From: an uncultured bacterium
GTDB lineage: Bacteria; Acidobacteriota; HRBIN11; JAKEFK01
DNA: 64,000 nt
Assembly (NCBI GenBank): GCA_963777505.1
Contig: CAVZQN010000007.1
Coordinates: 96,001 to 160,000, forward strand
Direction of reading: 5' to 3'
How positions within the stretch are numbered: position 1 is the stretch's first letter; every line of letters starts with the position of its first letter. A program made the position numbers and the translations under genes. The notes under the pieces were generated by a model. That model saw nothing but the letters and a program-made list of their open reading frames with translations. It was not told the origin of the DNA and ran no database searches. Below, in pieces: positions 39,390 through 50,315 of the stretch.

Positions 39390-40964
39390 TTAGCCTTCGG
39401 TTATATGACCGACTGCCGGCGGCAAAGTTGCAGGTTTAGCATTCTGTTTTGCTTGGCGGAATGCAGTAATACCTTCGCGTAAGATTTTTAGAATGCTACC
39501 TCGGTATGAAAACACGAGCTTAATCCATTGACTCCGTGTCATTTGAGGGAAATAGATTCCTCTAAAAATTAATCGCGTAAATAGAAGAGCCGCCCTTTCT
39601 GAGAACGGTCGATTACCGATTTTTTCCAGTGCGCCTGCTACAGCTTCAGGATCATACGAACGGCTCCATGCTTCGTGAACTTCCTTTTCGGCTTGTTCAA
39701 TCGTGATCGATTTCGGAGTGTATGCCATTCGGAAGGGTCGAAAATCCAGCCAATGCTTAGGCCGCGTCAGACGTCCTTCTTCAAGCAAACGATCATAAAG
39801 CGGAGTCGCGGGATATGGAGTCAGCAAGCCATAAACAGGAAGCCCCGGCGGCCATGTATTGATGACATCAGTTGTTCGTTTCGCAACACCGGGCTCATCT
39901 CGATCCATGCCGAAAATAAATGAAGTGATCGCATAAATACCGCGATCTGCGAGGCGTTGCAGAATCGCAGCATATTCTGTGGGTTTATTGAAACCCTTGT
40001 GCACTTCTTTAAGGTTTTCTGCATCGATCGATTCGAGTCCAATAAAGATCCAGCGGCCGCCGCTTTCCTGAATCAAATTAAGCAGCTCTTCATCGCGCAA
40101 CAAGTTGATACTGATTTGAGCTACCCAGGGCACAACGGCTTGGCGACGGATAATTTCCCGCAGCAGCGATTTTGTTCGTTTTACGTTGATCGCGAAATTA
40201 TCATCAATGAAAAAAATCGCAATTTTGCCGTTCTCACGCTCCGCACGCTCTTTGATAAGAAGTACTTCATCAACGACGCTTTCATTTGTTCTAAACCGAA
40301 TGGAGTCACCAAAAAAACCTGTAACCGTGCAGAAGTCACATCCATATGGACATCCTCTGCCTGACTCCATCGGAACCACACACAATCGTTCCCACTTCAT
40401 TCCGATCCGATTCAGAACATAACGTGCCCACGGAGGTAATTTTGCAATCAAGTCAAATTGGGTTAGATCGATCTTATCCCAGCCAATCAGTGGATAATCT
40501 TGGAGTGTAGGTTTGATTTCTTTGCCGGAAGAATCGACAGGGGTATAGACTTCGCGCAACTCCCCTTTTGCTGCATCTTCAACGATGAGCGGCCATGTCG
40601 CATCCGCTTCACCAAGAGCGACTGCATCGACATGACGCGGACTCCCATCACGACCCAATGGTTCATCTGGGACCTCGGTAACATGAGGTCCGCCCATGAC
40701 TACCAATGCACCAGCCGAACGCGCGGCGTCAGCCATCTTGTAGGCACGTGCAGCCATTCGAGTCATAGCACCGATGCCAACTAATTGAATTTCATGATTG
40801 CGGATATATTCCTGAAGTTGGACTTCAGTTAATGGCTGTGCATTCCCGTCGATTAGATAAACTTTGTGCCCTGCCGGTGTCAGTGATTGAAGTACAAACA
40901 TCCATAGATGCGGCATGAAGTTCCGGGTCACACCGTTGTCTGGGCAGTATAAAAGAATATTCAT
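39390..40964 (-). CDS. B12-binding domain radical SAM protein
   Basis: GGPHVT, SGRGCPYGCDFC (CX3CX2C), FIDDNF, FIGLES. Confidence 0.92.
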   Translation of the reverse strand: MNILLYCPDNGVTRNFMPHLWMFVLQSLTPAGHKVYLIDGNAQPLTEVQLQEYIRNHEIQLVGIGAMTRMAARAYKMADAARSAGALVVMGGPHVTEVPDEPLGRDGSPRHVDAVALGEADATWPLIVEDAAKGELREVYTPVDSSGKEIKPTLQDYPLIGWDKIDLTQFDLIAKLPPWARYVLNRIGMKWERLCVVPMESGRGCPYGCDFCTVTGFFGDSIRFRTNESVVDEVLLIKERAERENGKIAIFFIDDNFAINVKRTKSLLREIIRRQAVVPWVAQISINLLRDEELLNLIQESGGRWIFIGLESIDAENLKEVHKGFNKPTEYAAILQRLADRGIYAITSFIFGMDRDEPGVAKRTTDVINTWPPGLPVYGLLTPYPATPLYDRLLEEGRLTRPKHWLDFRPFRMAYTPKSITIEQAEKEVHEAWSRSYDPEAVAGALEKIGNRPFSERAALLFTRLIFRGIYFPQMTRSQWIKLVFSYRGSILKILREGITAFRQAKQNAKPATLPPAVGHITEG

Positions 40965-40995
40965 CGCCGATGATTGTACTGCGGTTAGCCTTGGA

Positions 40996-42202
40996 CTACA
41001 AGCCTGTTTGCCCGGACAATCCATTCAACTGCGCCAATTTTTCATCATCAGGCGCTTGTATGAAAGCAGAATCTTGAAGTAAAGACATTAGCGCAGAAAA
41101 GTTATGATCGTTCTCTTTCCAGTTACCTTTCATACTTGCGTTCATAGCACTTTCATGCGCTATACTAATCGCTCGTGCTCTTACCTCTGGGCTCATGTCT
41201 TTCGTGTCATCCATCAGAGTCTTCCATCATTAGAGGTGTGTCTGTACCAGGGTTTGCTCTGACAATCTCCAAAAATTGATCTTGTTGTTTCGGTGTTAGT
41301 TTCCCAAAATTGGGATCAGTTACCAGCTCCGTAACGGCGTTAGTGCCATTTCCAGCGTCCAATCCACCGTTTGCGGGTTTGTAGAACATCGTGTTCAGAG
41401 CCGCTCGTTTCGTCTCTTCAGGTAACTTTTTGAAATTCTCATTCTTCTCAAGGATTGCAGCATGAAGGACGAGATCTTTCGTAAGATTGAGGAACTGTGT
41501 GCTTGACGCTCCCTGCATGAGCCCAGCGATGGCAGAAGATTGCGCGTCGGGCGACAGGAGATATGCAAATTTTGCGTCCCTTACCAGTTCGACCAAATTC
41601 TTCTGTCCGGCAGAATCCTTTTCAAGAGCAGCAAAGGCGGAAGTGACTTCCCTCTTTATTTGAGGATCCAACGCCTGATATTCTCTGCTGCGTTCCAGCT
41701 CCATACGCTGCATCGTAGTCCCATCCCAAATTCCGCTCTCTGTTAGAGATGTTGCCTTTTGGAAATCCTTAACTGCCTGCTCTGTTTCCGTGCTGAAAAC
41801 GCCTGTGGTTTGAATTTCAGCCATATTGTTATCACGCCGCCATGCGTTGAGCTCTTTCTGCAGCTGCTCTACCTGGGGACCTTTCGAGTTGAGCTTCAAT
41901 GCGTTTGCTTCGGCAACATCTGGAGGTGCGGCGGCTACAGGCGGCGGTGTTTGCTGAATGGGTGCCGGTTGATTCGTCTGTATCACTGGCGCATCTAATT
42001 TATTGCGAAGCGAAAACTCAATGGCAATGTTCGACAGTCTCCTCTCACCCATTAATGACGACGCATATTCAGTAGAATGTGCCTGTACAAGCGGCTCTAA
42101 TACGGGAGTTTGTTTTACTTTCGCTTCCTCTGGTTGTTGCGGCGTGACTGCCGATGTTACTCCTTGGATTGATCCATTAACATTTTGTCCTATTTTGAAC
42201 AT
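40996..42202 (-). CDS. Peptidoglycan-binding domain effector-like protein; 1-bp frameshift near 41218
   Basis: GGAGG RBS; KGPQVEQLQKELN...TGVFSTETEQAVKDFQ; joins ORF 40996..41214 if one base is removed. Confidence 0.78.
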
Positions 42203-42251
42203 TGTTATCCTCCATATTCAGTAACGCACCGAGTTTGGATGAAATCCGACA
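42203..42251 (-). promoter_or_regulatory. Putative ECF promoter TGTCGG-N17-TGCGTT
   Basis: Related copies at 43009-43049 (+) and 60557-60605 (-). Confidence 0.6.
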
Positions 42252-42375
42252 CTCTATTTTTTTCGAAGGAATAAATTGAGGAAGAATCGCGCCGCCGAGG
42301 AAGCGAGTTCTATGCTAAAATTCGCTTCAATACTTAAGATCGACGTTCAAATATCCACGTTTTGAAGTTTGCGAA

Positions 42376-42963
42376 ATGAATGAAACCGCAGATTCCAATT
42401 CTCAAGCAGCCCACATTACAAAACTTTTAATTGGATATGGAAAAGGTGACCATTCTGCGCTTGATGAAATGTTGCCTCTTGTCTACGAAGAGCTGAAGCG
42501 ATTGGCTGGCCATTATTTAAGGAAGGAGCGTCCTGATCATACTTTACAAACAACAGCGCTTGTTCATGAAGCTTATATGCGGCTTGTGAAACAAGAAAAT
42601 GTTGATTGGAAGAATCGTGCGCAATTTCTTGGCATTGCTGCAGAAATGATGCGGCGAATTCTTGTAAATCATGCCAGGGATCGAGCTGTCGCCAAGCGTG
42701 GAGGCGGCGCCAAACGTGTTTCATTGAGCCTGGTTGTCGATGCAGGAAAACAAGTAGACATTGATCTGGTCGTTCTTGACGATGCACTCAAGAAACTTGC
42801 CGAACTGGATCCACGAAAAAGTCGCGTTGTAGAGATGAAATTTTTCGGAGGCATGACAACTGAAGAAACTGCGGAAATATTGCAGGTGTCAGTTAAGACA
42901 ATTGAACGCGACTGGACAGCCGCACGAGCCTGGCTCTATCGCGCTGTCGTTGGTGAGCATTAA
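42376..42963 (+). CDS. ECF sigma factor, kinase-associated TIGR02999 type
   Basis: LPLVYEELKRLA, HTLQTTALVHEAY, MRRILVNHAR, ERDWTAARAWL. Confidence 0.95.
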   Translation: MNETADSNSQAAHITKLLIGYGKGDHSALDEMLPLVYEELKRLAGHYLRKERPDHTLQTTALVHEAYMRLVKQENVDWKNRAQFLGIAAEMMRRILVNHARDRAVAKRGGGAKRVSLSLVVDAGKQVDIDLVVLDDALKKLAELDPRKSRVVEMKFFGGMTTEETAEILQVSVKTIERDWTAARAWLYRAVVGEH

Positions 42964-43124
42964 CACGAAGATACCCTTAGCCTAATATTCCATAAATCCT
43001 TCACCGAATGTCGGGATTCAACCCAAATCCGTGCGCTCTATATATGGAGAATCAACCAAAAGTCTTTCGGAGATATAATCCTGGAGACAAGAAAGAAACC
43101 CATTAGTGGAATTGAACATTCCTC

Positions 43125-46100
43125 ATGTCAGTAGAACGATTCGAGAAAGCCACTGAATTGCTTTGTGCCGCGACTCGAAATTGATTCCGAACAACGTTCC
43201 GGCTTCCTAAAACAGGCCTGTAGCGGTGATGAAGCACTACTGTCGGAAGTCGAGTCGCTATTAGCTGCACACTTTAAAGCTGGACAATTCATCCAAACAC
43301 CTCCTGTTCAAAATGCAATCGATCTGCTTTCTGATCATGAAGAAAGACTATCCACCGGCGAACAAATTGGCGCGTATAAGATTGTTAGAGAAATCGGGCG
43401 CGGTGGGATGGGAGCGGTTTATCTTGCGGAACGATCTGATGAGCAATACAAAAAGTATGTAGCCATCAAATTGTTAAAGCGCGGAATGGATACCGATGAT
43501 TTGCTTCGACATTTCCGCAGAGAACGCCAAATCCTTGCTACCTTCGACCATCCAAACATCGCTCGTTTACATGATGGCGGCAGCACAAAAACAGGCCTCC
43601 CCTACTTCGTCATGGAATATGTTGAAGGCAAGCCGATTGATGATTATTGTGATGAACACGAACTGAATATCACTCAACGTCTGGAACTCTTTCAGCAAGT
43701 TTGCGCCGCCGTTTCGTATGCACATCGGAATCTTGTTGTACATCGTGACATCAAGCCATCCAATATTCTGGTAACAAACGAAGGGATTCCAAAACTTCTG
43801 GATTTTGGAATTGCAAAAATTTTGCAGACGGAAGAACCAGGATTGACTGCAACCGGCATTCGCTTGATGACTCCAGAATTCGCAAGTCCTGAACAAGCAC
43901 AAGGGCTTCCCGTTACCACATCCAGCGATGTTTATTCACTTGGCGTCGTTCTATTTGAACTTTTGACAGGACGTTCGCCATACCTCTTTACAAATCGGAC
44001 ACCGTTAGAAGTTGCACGCGTCATTACTACATCGAACCCACAGTTGCCCAGTGCAATGATTACAGTGAAAGCAAACGCCGGATCTTCGAAATCTTTCAAA
44101 TTTCCCGAAGGAAGCCTCGATCGCTTGCGCCGTAGACTCGAAGGCGATCTCGACAACATTGTGTTGATGGCATTGCGAAAAGAAGCAGCGCGACGATATC
44201 AATCGGTTGAACAATTTTCCGAAGATATCCGCAGACATCTTGAAGGACTTCCGGTTGTTGCACGGAAAGATACTTTCTCATATCGTGCCTCAAAGTTTGT
44301 GCAACGCAATAAAGTTGCAGTTGCCGCCTTCGTATTTGCAATTCTTGCTATTGTCATATCCGCAACTGTCGCTGGCATCATTCAATGGCGCGCGAATCAG
44401 CAAGCGAAATTTTTGCAGGAATTTGGAGCAGAAGCTGCACGTATTGAAGGAATCATGCGTTATGCGTATCTGATGCCTTTGCACGATACTTCGCAGGAAC
44501 GGGAAATTGTTATGAAACGGATTCGAGCCATCACTGCGCGCATGGCTGAATTAGGTAGTAACGCACAAGGGCCAGGCCATTATGCGATTGGAAGAGGATT
44601 CATGGCCTTGCAACAGTATGAAGATGCACGAAAACATTTTGCACAAGCCCTGAATGATCATGAATATAGAACGTCTGAAGTTGCTTACTCATATGGCTTA
44701 ACTTTAGCGATGCTCTATCAGACTGAACTCCAATCAGCTGCCCGCATCGGAAGCAAAGAACAGAGAGAAATGCGGATGAAAGAAATTCAGAAAGATTACA
44801 AAGATCCAGCGCTATCTTTCATTCGTGAAGGAAGACGTTCGGAAGAATATTCAGAGTATGCCGAGGCAGTTGTTGAGTTTCTTGATGAGCGTTATGAGAA
44901 AGCGATTGAAAAATCAGAAAAAGCCTTGCAACAAATTCCATGGTTATATGAATCAAAAAGGTTGGAAGGAGAGGCGTATCGCAGTATTGGAAGGCAATTA
45001 TTTTTTAAAGGAAATCATTCGCAAGCGCTGGATTCGTTCGCGAAAGCGGGTAATGCATTTGAACTCAGCACTCGAATAGGAGCCAGCGATTCCATGGGTT
45101 ACGTAGGGTTTTGCACCTTGAAGTCGAGCATTGTTCGCGTGCAGATTCGAACAGGTGTGCAAGCAGATACTAATTACAGAATAGGGACGGAATCATGCCA
45201 GAAAGCGTTGATGGCTGACCCGAAAAACGCTGCGGCGTACCTTGCACTTTCTAATATCCATACATCCTGGGCAGAAAATTACACAAATCGCCAAATGGCA
45301 TATAGACGCCCTGTTCTTGAACTGGCGGTTCAAGCCGCTCAAAAAGCTATCTTGTTGAAGCCCCAAAGTTCAGAAATGCATAAGGGAATGGGAATGGCTT
45401 ATTCCAACTTAGCCTATGAGGACATCCTGGACACCGTTGATCCAAGCAAGGCAGTTACTGCCGGTATCGAAAGTTTTGAAAAAGCGACAAAAATCAATCC
45501 AAACGATGTGGATTCACACTTATGGCGCGCTACCTTACTGTGGTACTTAGCTGAATATTTGAGAGAAACCGGTGCAGATCCGCGGGAAGCCTTAGATGAT
45601 GCAAATCCCTCTTTGCAAACCGCTATTCGGTTAAACCCAAACTATTTTAGTGCTTACCATTGTAAAGGAAACATTCATAACGTCAGGGGCCTTTATGAAA
45701 TGGATGTTGGCCTGGACCCAACTGATTCATTGGACTCTGCTCTGGAAATGCTGAAAAAAGCTATAAAAATAAATCCGGGTTATTTCAACGCGTATATTTC
45801 GCTTGGATTTGCAGCTGTAAGTAAAGGAGAATACCTGTCTTTGGTCGGACACAATCCTAATGACACTTTAAATCTAGCAGAGGAAACTTTTCAGAATGCC
45901 ATGCAAATCAATCCCAATTTTCATGAATTATTCAGAGGATTGGCGCAGTCAAATTGGAAAAGAGCAGAATTCTGTGTGGAGCATAAGACAGATCCGACTT
46001 TGTATTTGAAACAGGCGCGATCTTTCATTCAGAAAGCCTTCGAAGCAGATAAGAGTAGCAGAGTCATATATTCGCTTTGGGGAGAGATCGAATTGATTGC

Positions 46101-46527
46101 CGCACGGTGGAAAATGTTACAGCAGAGCAATCCTGAGACCGAACTTCAAAGAGCAATCGAATGGGAAAATCGAGGCCTAAACATAGGTCCTACCCCTAAA
46201 TTCTTTGATGCCTGGTATTCACAGGCAAGAGTGTATCACCGGTGGGCAGAATGGAATCTTGTAAATAAGCGCAATGCGGATCGAGAACTAAGGCTTGGCT
46301 TAGACATGGTATCCAGTGCCCTTAAAATCAAACCACGTTCTGCTGAAATGATTGCAACACGTGGAATCTTTTTTCTTTTTCAAGCGCGTTCAGCGAGCAA
46401 CGTCTCTCAACGCAAAGCATTCGCTGACAAAGCACAAATGACTATCCAAGAGGCGCTCAAATTAAATGCAAATTTAACCCGCTTATACACACCTTACCTC
46501 AAAGAAGCTGAAAGTTTAGTTCAATAA
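43125..46527 (+). CDS. Ser/Thr protein kinase with TM and TPR region; frameshift near 43172
   Basis: MSVERFEKATELL start in another frame; GRGGMGAVY, HRDIKPSN, DFG; TPRs. Confidence 0.93.
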
Positions 46528-46562
46528 ATGACGTTGATCCATTGACTTCAGATATCTCTGGA

Positions 46563-47156
46563 CTAAAGATTCGCTTTTTCAACAGTGATCTTGCTGTCCT
46601 TGGCGCGGGTAGCCTTCACGAAATAAACGACGAACTCTTCCGGTTCGAGAAGATAGAAGCTGACAACTTTGTTGCCTGCATCATCACTTAATTTCGGCGG
46701 CATGAATTCCTTTTCAGCTTTCTTGATCAAATCCATCGCACCAATGTTCCGTTTTGAATCGGTCAGCACCATTCCCGCGCCTAGATCTTTATGAAAACGG
46801 GTAATGATTTCTGCCCACCATGCAGCCGGCGCATCCGCACCACAAGCGTCTAGAATTCTGGATACGGCACCATTATCCGAAACGCTCAATATTGTGTCAC
46901 CGGATAACAATGCGTAATTGAGTTGATACGAAAGTGGCCGAACATTATGTCCGGCTGTATAAAACGAACAGGAACCGTGTCGAAGATTTTCGACTTCATC
47001 AACTCGAACCTCATCAACCTTCCAGGCATGTTCATCGTGCACTTTGTTTGCGATTTTTAGACGAATGCTATCATCCATTTTGTTATCCTCCAGATTTGCC
47101 GTGCCGAAACTTAAAGCAACGACCACCGCAAATAAGGTTATTTGCATCAGATTCAA
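46563..47156 (-). CDS. Exported hypothetical protein, candidate immunity protein
   Basis: Sec signal MNLMQITLFAVVVALSFGTA; ATGA overlap with upstream gene. Confidence 0.7.
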   Translation of the reverse strand: MNLMQITLFAVVVALSFGTANLEDNKMDDSIRLKIANKVHDEHAWKVDEVRVDEVENLRHGSCSFYTAGHNVRPLSYQLNYALLSGDTILSVSDNGAVSRILDACGADAPAAWWAEIITRFHKDLGAGMVLTDSKRNIGAMDLIKKAEKEFMPPKLSDDAGNKVVSFYLLEPEEFVVYFVKATRAKDSKITVEKANL

Positions 47157-49072
47157 TGGTTATCAAGATTTCCGCTAGGCAGTGGAGCCGGATCATTAGG
47201 CTTAGCCCATGTTGATGGATCCTCTGCAATCACAGTGTTCCAGTTACTTGCATCTACTTTTTTACCGCTCATCTTGCTTAATAAGTCGTAAAATTTAGCT
47301 GCCTCTGCCGGGTCCTTCAACGCTTCCTTAGCGTATTTACCGTAAAAACTGCTGGGATCAAGCTGCCATGAAATACGTTGCTTCATCGCTTCTTCGTTTG
47401 TTGGCACTCGACCATAGCGCGCCTGGAATCCAACATGCCACGCACGATATTCCGCTTCGAAATATTTATATGTCTTTGCAACTTCATCCTTATTCAGAAT
47501 ATGGCTAACTTCATGCGGCATCGTAGAAAGAACCATATGCTGCGTCTTCACGTTTTCAACCATCTTGTTGTTATCGGCTGCAATAAATCCTTTATTCAGC
47601 GAAATAGTCTTCGTGTCATGATCACCTTCACCATGGGTGTTGTCGGTGTAGCTCTTCCATTGAAGTTTAAAGTCGGATTTTGGATCGAGCAACTTGTTGA
47701 GTGTGTTATCAACAATTTTACGATCTCCCGCATCATATGAAGAAAGATAGCCCACCATTTTCAGCGATCGCTGTTTATCACCAAGATCCTGTCCGGTGAA
47801 CCATTCCTTTTGCAGCATCCGTTGCGTGTTGGCAACTGCACGCGCATCCGGATAATTCTTCACCTGACTGAGCACAGCAGTCTTTTCTTCGGGCTTGAGT
47901 GCTTCAAACTTCGGATCAGCAAGGAGATTTTTTACGTTTTCTGAATACTTCGGATCAGCTTTAGCCCCTGCCAGTCCTTCAGTAACTAATGCTTTATTTG
48001 CATCGGTTAATTTTGTAAAGCCAGGTGAACCGATCAGATTTAAAGTGTTATCCACTTTCTCAGTCGTAGTTGGTGGATTCTTCGCAATCGTATCAACCAC
48101 TGAATCTTTGACTTTATCGTTTGAATTTCGGAAAGCCGGACTCCCAGCCATTTTTCCGAGACCTTCCGCAAGCTGTGCATCATCCGGACGCGTCTTCAAC
48201 GCACCCATCATTTTGTTCTGCGTGTCATTCGAAAGCTGCTCAAAACCTTTGGATGTTGCGAGCTTTGTCAGATTGTCGATTTTTCCCGGATCACCGGCAT
48301 ACCCTTTCACCTGGTTCAGTACTTCTGTTTTTGTTGCATCGTTTAGCTTCTGAAATGTTGCATCATTGGCGAGAGTACTTAATTGCGATGTGAACTTCGC
48401 GTCATCCGGACGCGCTTTCTGCATGTCCAGCATTTGTTGCTGATGAGCGGTGGAAAGATTGGATAATCCTGGACTTGTAGCGAAATTACGGAGGTTTTCT
48501 ACTTTCGTTTTATCCTGATCATATTCAGTCATCAGCTTGCGCGTCTGATCTTTGATTCCGGGATCAACTTTTTTGAAATTCGGATCGTTTTCCAAAAGGA
48601 CGCGGTTCTGTGTTGCGACCCCTGCATCACCGTCTTTCTTCAACCCATTTGCTTTCTGGAATTCTTCGACCGCTTTCTCCGTTTTTGGCCCGAAATATCC
48701 ATCTTCTTTAACCGGGTCCTTGCCGTTTTCGGTGCGCCACTGATTTACTTGCTTTTGGAGTTCCTCGACTTCCGGTTTAGGCTCTTTCTGATTATCATTG
48801 CGTTTTAATACTTCATCCGTAGGAAGTTTCGGAGCTTCAGCCTCTTTATTGAAGCCAACGAACTGGGCTGCACGCGCCATTCCTGATAAAGCAAACTCGC
48901 TAAACTTGCTAGTTTGCCCTTTCTGATCAGTCGGAATAGACGGTGCAGGGCTGTCGGCTGGTGTCGGAGTGCTTGTTTTTGTTTCGGCCGGCTTCGTTGT
49001 GTCTACACTGCTTGCCGCATCGGTTTGTGGAGACTGAGGCGGCGGTGCGCCACTTCCAATTTTGTCAACCAT
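47153..49072 (-). CDS. Peptidoglycan-binding domain protein with helical repeats and C-terminal HExxH metallopeptidase-like domain
   Basis: DGYFGPKTEKAVEEFQKANGL; ~37-aa F-xx-L repeats; PHEVSH...EAEYRA. Confidence 0.8.
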   Translation of the reverse strand: MVDKIGSGAPPPQSPQTDAASSVDTTKPAETKTSTPTPADSPAPSIPTDQKGQTSKFSEFALSGMARAAQFVGFNKEAEAPKLPTDEVLKRNDNQKEPKPEVEELQKQVNQWRTENGKDPVKEDGYFGPKTEKAVEEFQKANGLKKDGDAGVATQNRVLLENDPNFKKVDPGIKDQTRKLMTEYDQDKTKVENLRNFATSPGLSNLSTAHQQQMLDMQKARPDDAKFTSQLSTLANDATFQKLNDATKTEVLNQVKGYAGDPGKIDNLTKLATSKGFEQLSNDTQNKMMGALKTRPDDAQLAEGLGKMAGSPAFRNSNDKVKDSVVDTIAKNPPTTTEKVDNTLNLIGSPGFTKLTDANKALVTEGLAGAKADPKYSENVKNLLADPKFEALKPEEKTAVLSQVKNYPDARAVANTQRMLQKEWFTGQDLGDKQRSLKMVGYLSSYDAGDRKIVDNTLNKLLDPKSDFKLQWKSYTDNTHGEGDHDTKTISLNKGFIAADNNKMVENVKTQHMVLSTMPHEVSHILNKDEVAKTYKYFEAEYRAWHVGFQARYGRVPTNEEAMKQRISWQLDPSSFYGKYAKEALKDPAEAAKFYDLLSKMSGKKVDASNWNTVIAEDPSTWAKPNDPAPLPSGNLDNH

Positions 49073-49124
49073 GATGATACTCCAAGGGGTTAATTAATTA
49101 ATTTTAACATACGCCCAATTAGGA

Positions 49125-49155
49125 TTATCGGACGTGAACGGTGAAAGTTGTGCCA
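49125..49155 (-). promoter_or_regulatory. Sigma28-like -10 element TCCGATAA
   Basis: 7/8 match to GCCGATAA; CGTCCGAT shared with the site at 22779-22788 upstream of the chaperone operon; -35 non-canonical. Confidence 0.45.
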
Positions 49156-49234
49156 TCGGAGCACGGATGTCTCGAGCCAAAATTAATTTTGAGATTGATA
49201 AGTATTCCTAGCGGCTTGTAGCACCAGCTAGATA

Positions 49235-49843
49235 TCAATCATCGTTTGGAATTGCACCAAACTCTTTTAAGCGAATTTTTGCAGCAGCGCGGCTAACTCC
49301 GAAACGTTCCGTAACTTCGTTGAGTAATTTCTCCGTTTCGGATGGAGCGCTGGCATACTCCTGCATCAGCTCTGCAGGCATCAGAAGTTCGGCTGCAAAT
49401 TGATTCGCGCGCACTTCAGTGTAATCCACCGCGTTTGTCTTTTGGATCTCACCCGGAAAATCACGGCATGCAAACGAGACCTGATGTTTTTTTCGAAAGT
49501 CCCAATAATGGCCAAGCTCATGTGCTTTCGTAAAACGGCAAAAGCCTGCATTGCCATTCTTTTCAGTAAAGATCAAACCATGTCCATTCTTAAAAAAAAT
49601 GAAACCTGCCAGCGCTTCATCTGTATCGTCTGACCAATCATATTCAATCCCAATCTTGTTCAGGTAGGCAGAAACTCGACCGAATGTTAATTCTTCGAAT
49701 TCAATTAATGAGATCGGATACAACAATTGAATAATGTCATCAAGTGGACGCGGAAATACATCGACAAATTCTGGAGCAAGGCGCGCGAGGTCATACAGCA
49801 ATTCATCGACACGTCTTTGAGCGATACGGTGTTTGCGTTCCAT
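49235..49843 (-). CDS. ImmA/IrrE family metallo-endopeptidase
   Basis: RFTKAHELGH, EVRANQFAAELLMP, FGVSRAA. Confidence 0.92.
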   Translation of the reverse strand: MERKHRIAQRRVDELLYDLARLAPEFVDVFPRPLDDIIQLLYPISLIEFEELTFGRVSAYLNKIGIEYDWSDDTDEALAGFIFFKNGHGLIFTEKNGNAGFCRFTKAHELGHYWDFRKKHQVSFACRDFPGEIQKTNAVDYTEVRANQFAAELLMPAELMQEYASAPSETEKLLNEVTERFGVSRAAAKIRLKEFGAIPNDD

Positions 49844-49844
49844 T

Positions 49845-50315
49845 TTATTTCTGTGGTTTCTTACGAGCTGCTTTCCGGATAACCGTTTCTCCAGATGACA
49901 TCGAATGCAGCACGATTGCGCGCTTCAATATAGTAAAGAGCGGACGCAGACTGAATTGCGGATGCTCTTTCACGAACTCGGTACAAAATTCAAATAACGT
50001 CTTGTCCTTGACTGGCTCTAGACTCCCCTGCAGCACTCTTACATCACGAACACTAACACCCAGTTCTTTTGCCGCGTCATGATCTGATTTTTGTTCAGCA
50101 CTCATAATAAAGCTCAAATGATATCCTGCAGTTCCTGGAATTCCGGAGGCAAGCTTAGAAAGATTCAGTGTACCTTTACGAATATTGTAATCATGAATAG
50201 CGATCAGTGTTTCTTCAGATGGAATATCTTTCGCATTCTCTTTGAGCAATCGGCTAAATCCTGATTCTGTTTCAAGAAAATGTTTCTTTGAGGATCGCTT
50301 TTTTTCAGGACTCAT
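49845..50315 (-). CDS. Hypothetical protein, possible degenerate XRE-type HTH
   Basis: DHDAAKELGVSVRDV HTH-like segment; tail IRKAARK; coupled to both neighbours. Confidence 0.65.
   Translation of the reverse strand: MSPEKKRSSKKHFLETESGFSRLLKENAKDIPSEETLIAIHDYNIRKGTLNLSKLASGIPGTAGYHLSFIMSAEQKSDHDAAKELGVSVRDVRVLQGSLEPVKDKTLFEFCTEFVKEHPQFSLRPLFTILKRAIVLHSMSSGETVIRKAARKKPQK

Noticed and set aside
43044-43106. 20-aa ORF (MENQPKVFRRYNPGDKKETH) right after the ECF-like promoter
   Set aside because: Could be a leaderless uORF, but it has no RBS or recognisable homology; too short to support.
47895-48353. Long antisense ORFs (also 19881..20351, 53455..53991, 56443..56928, 62521..63141)
   Set aside because: Shadows of well-supported genes on the opposite strand.
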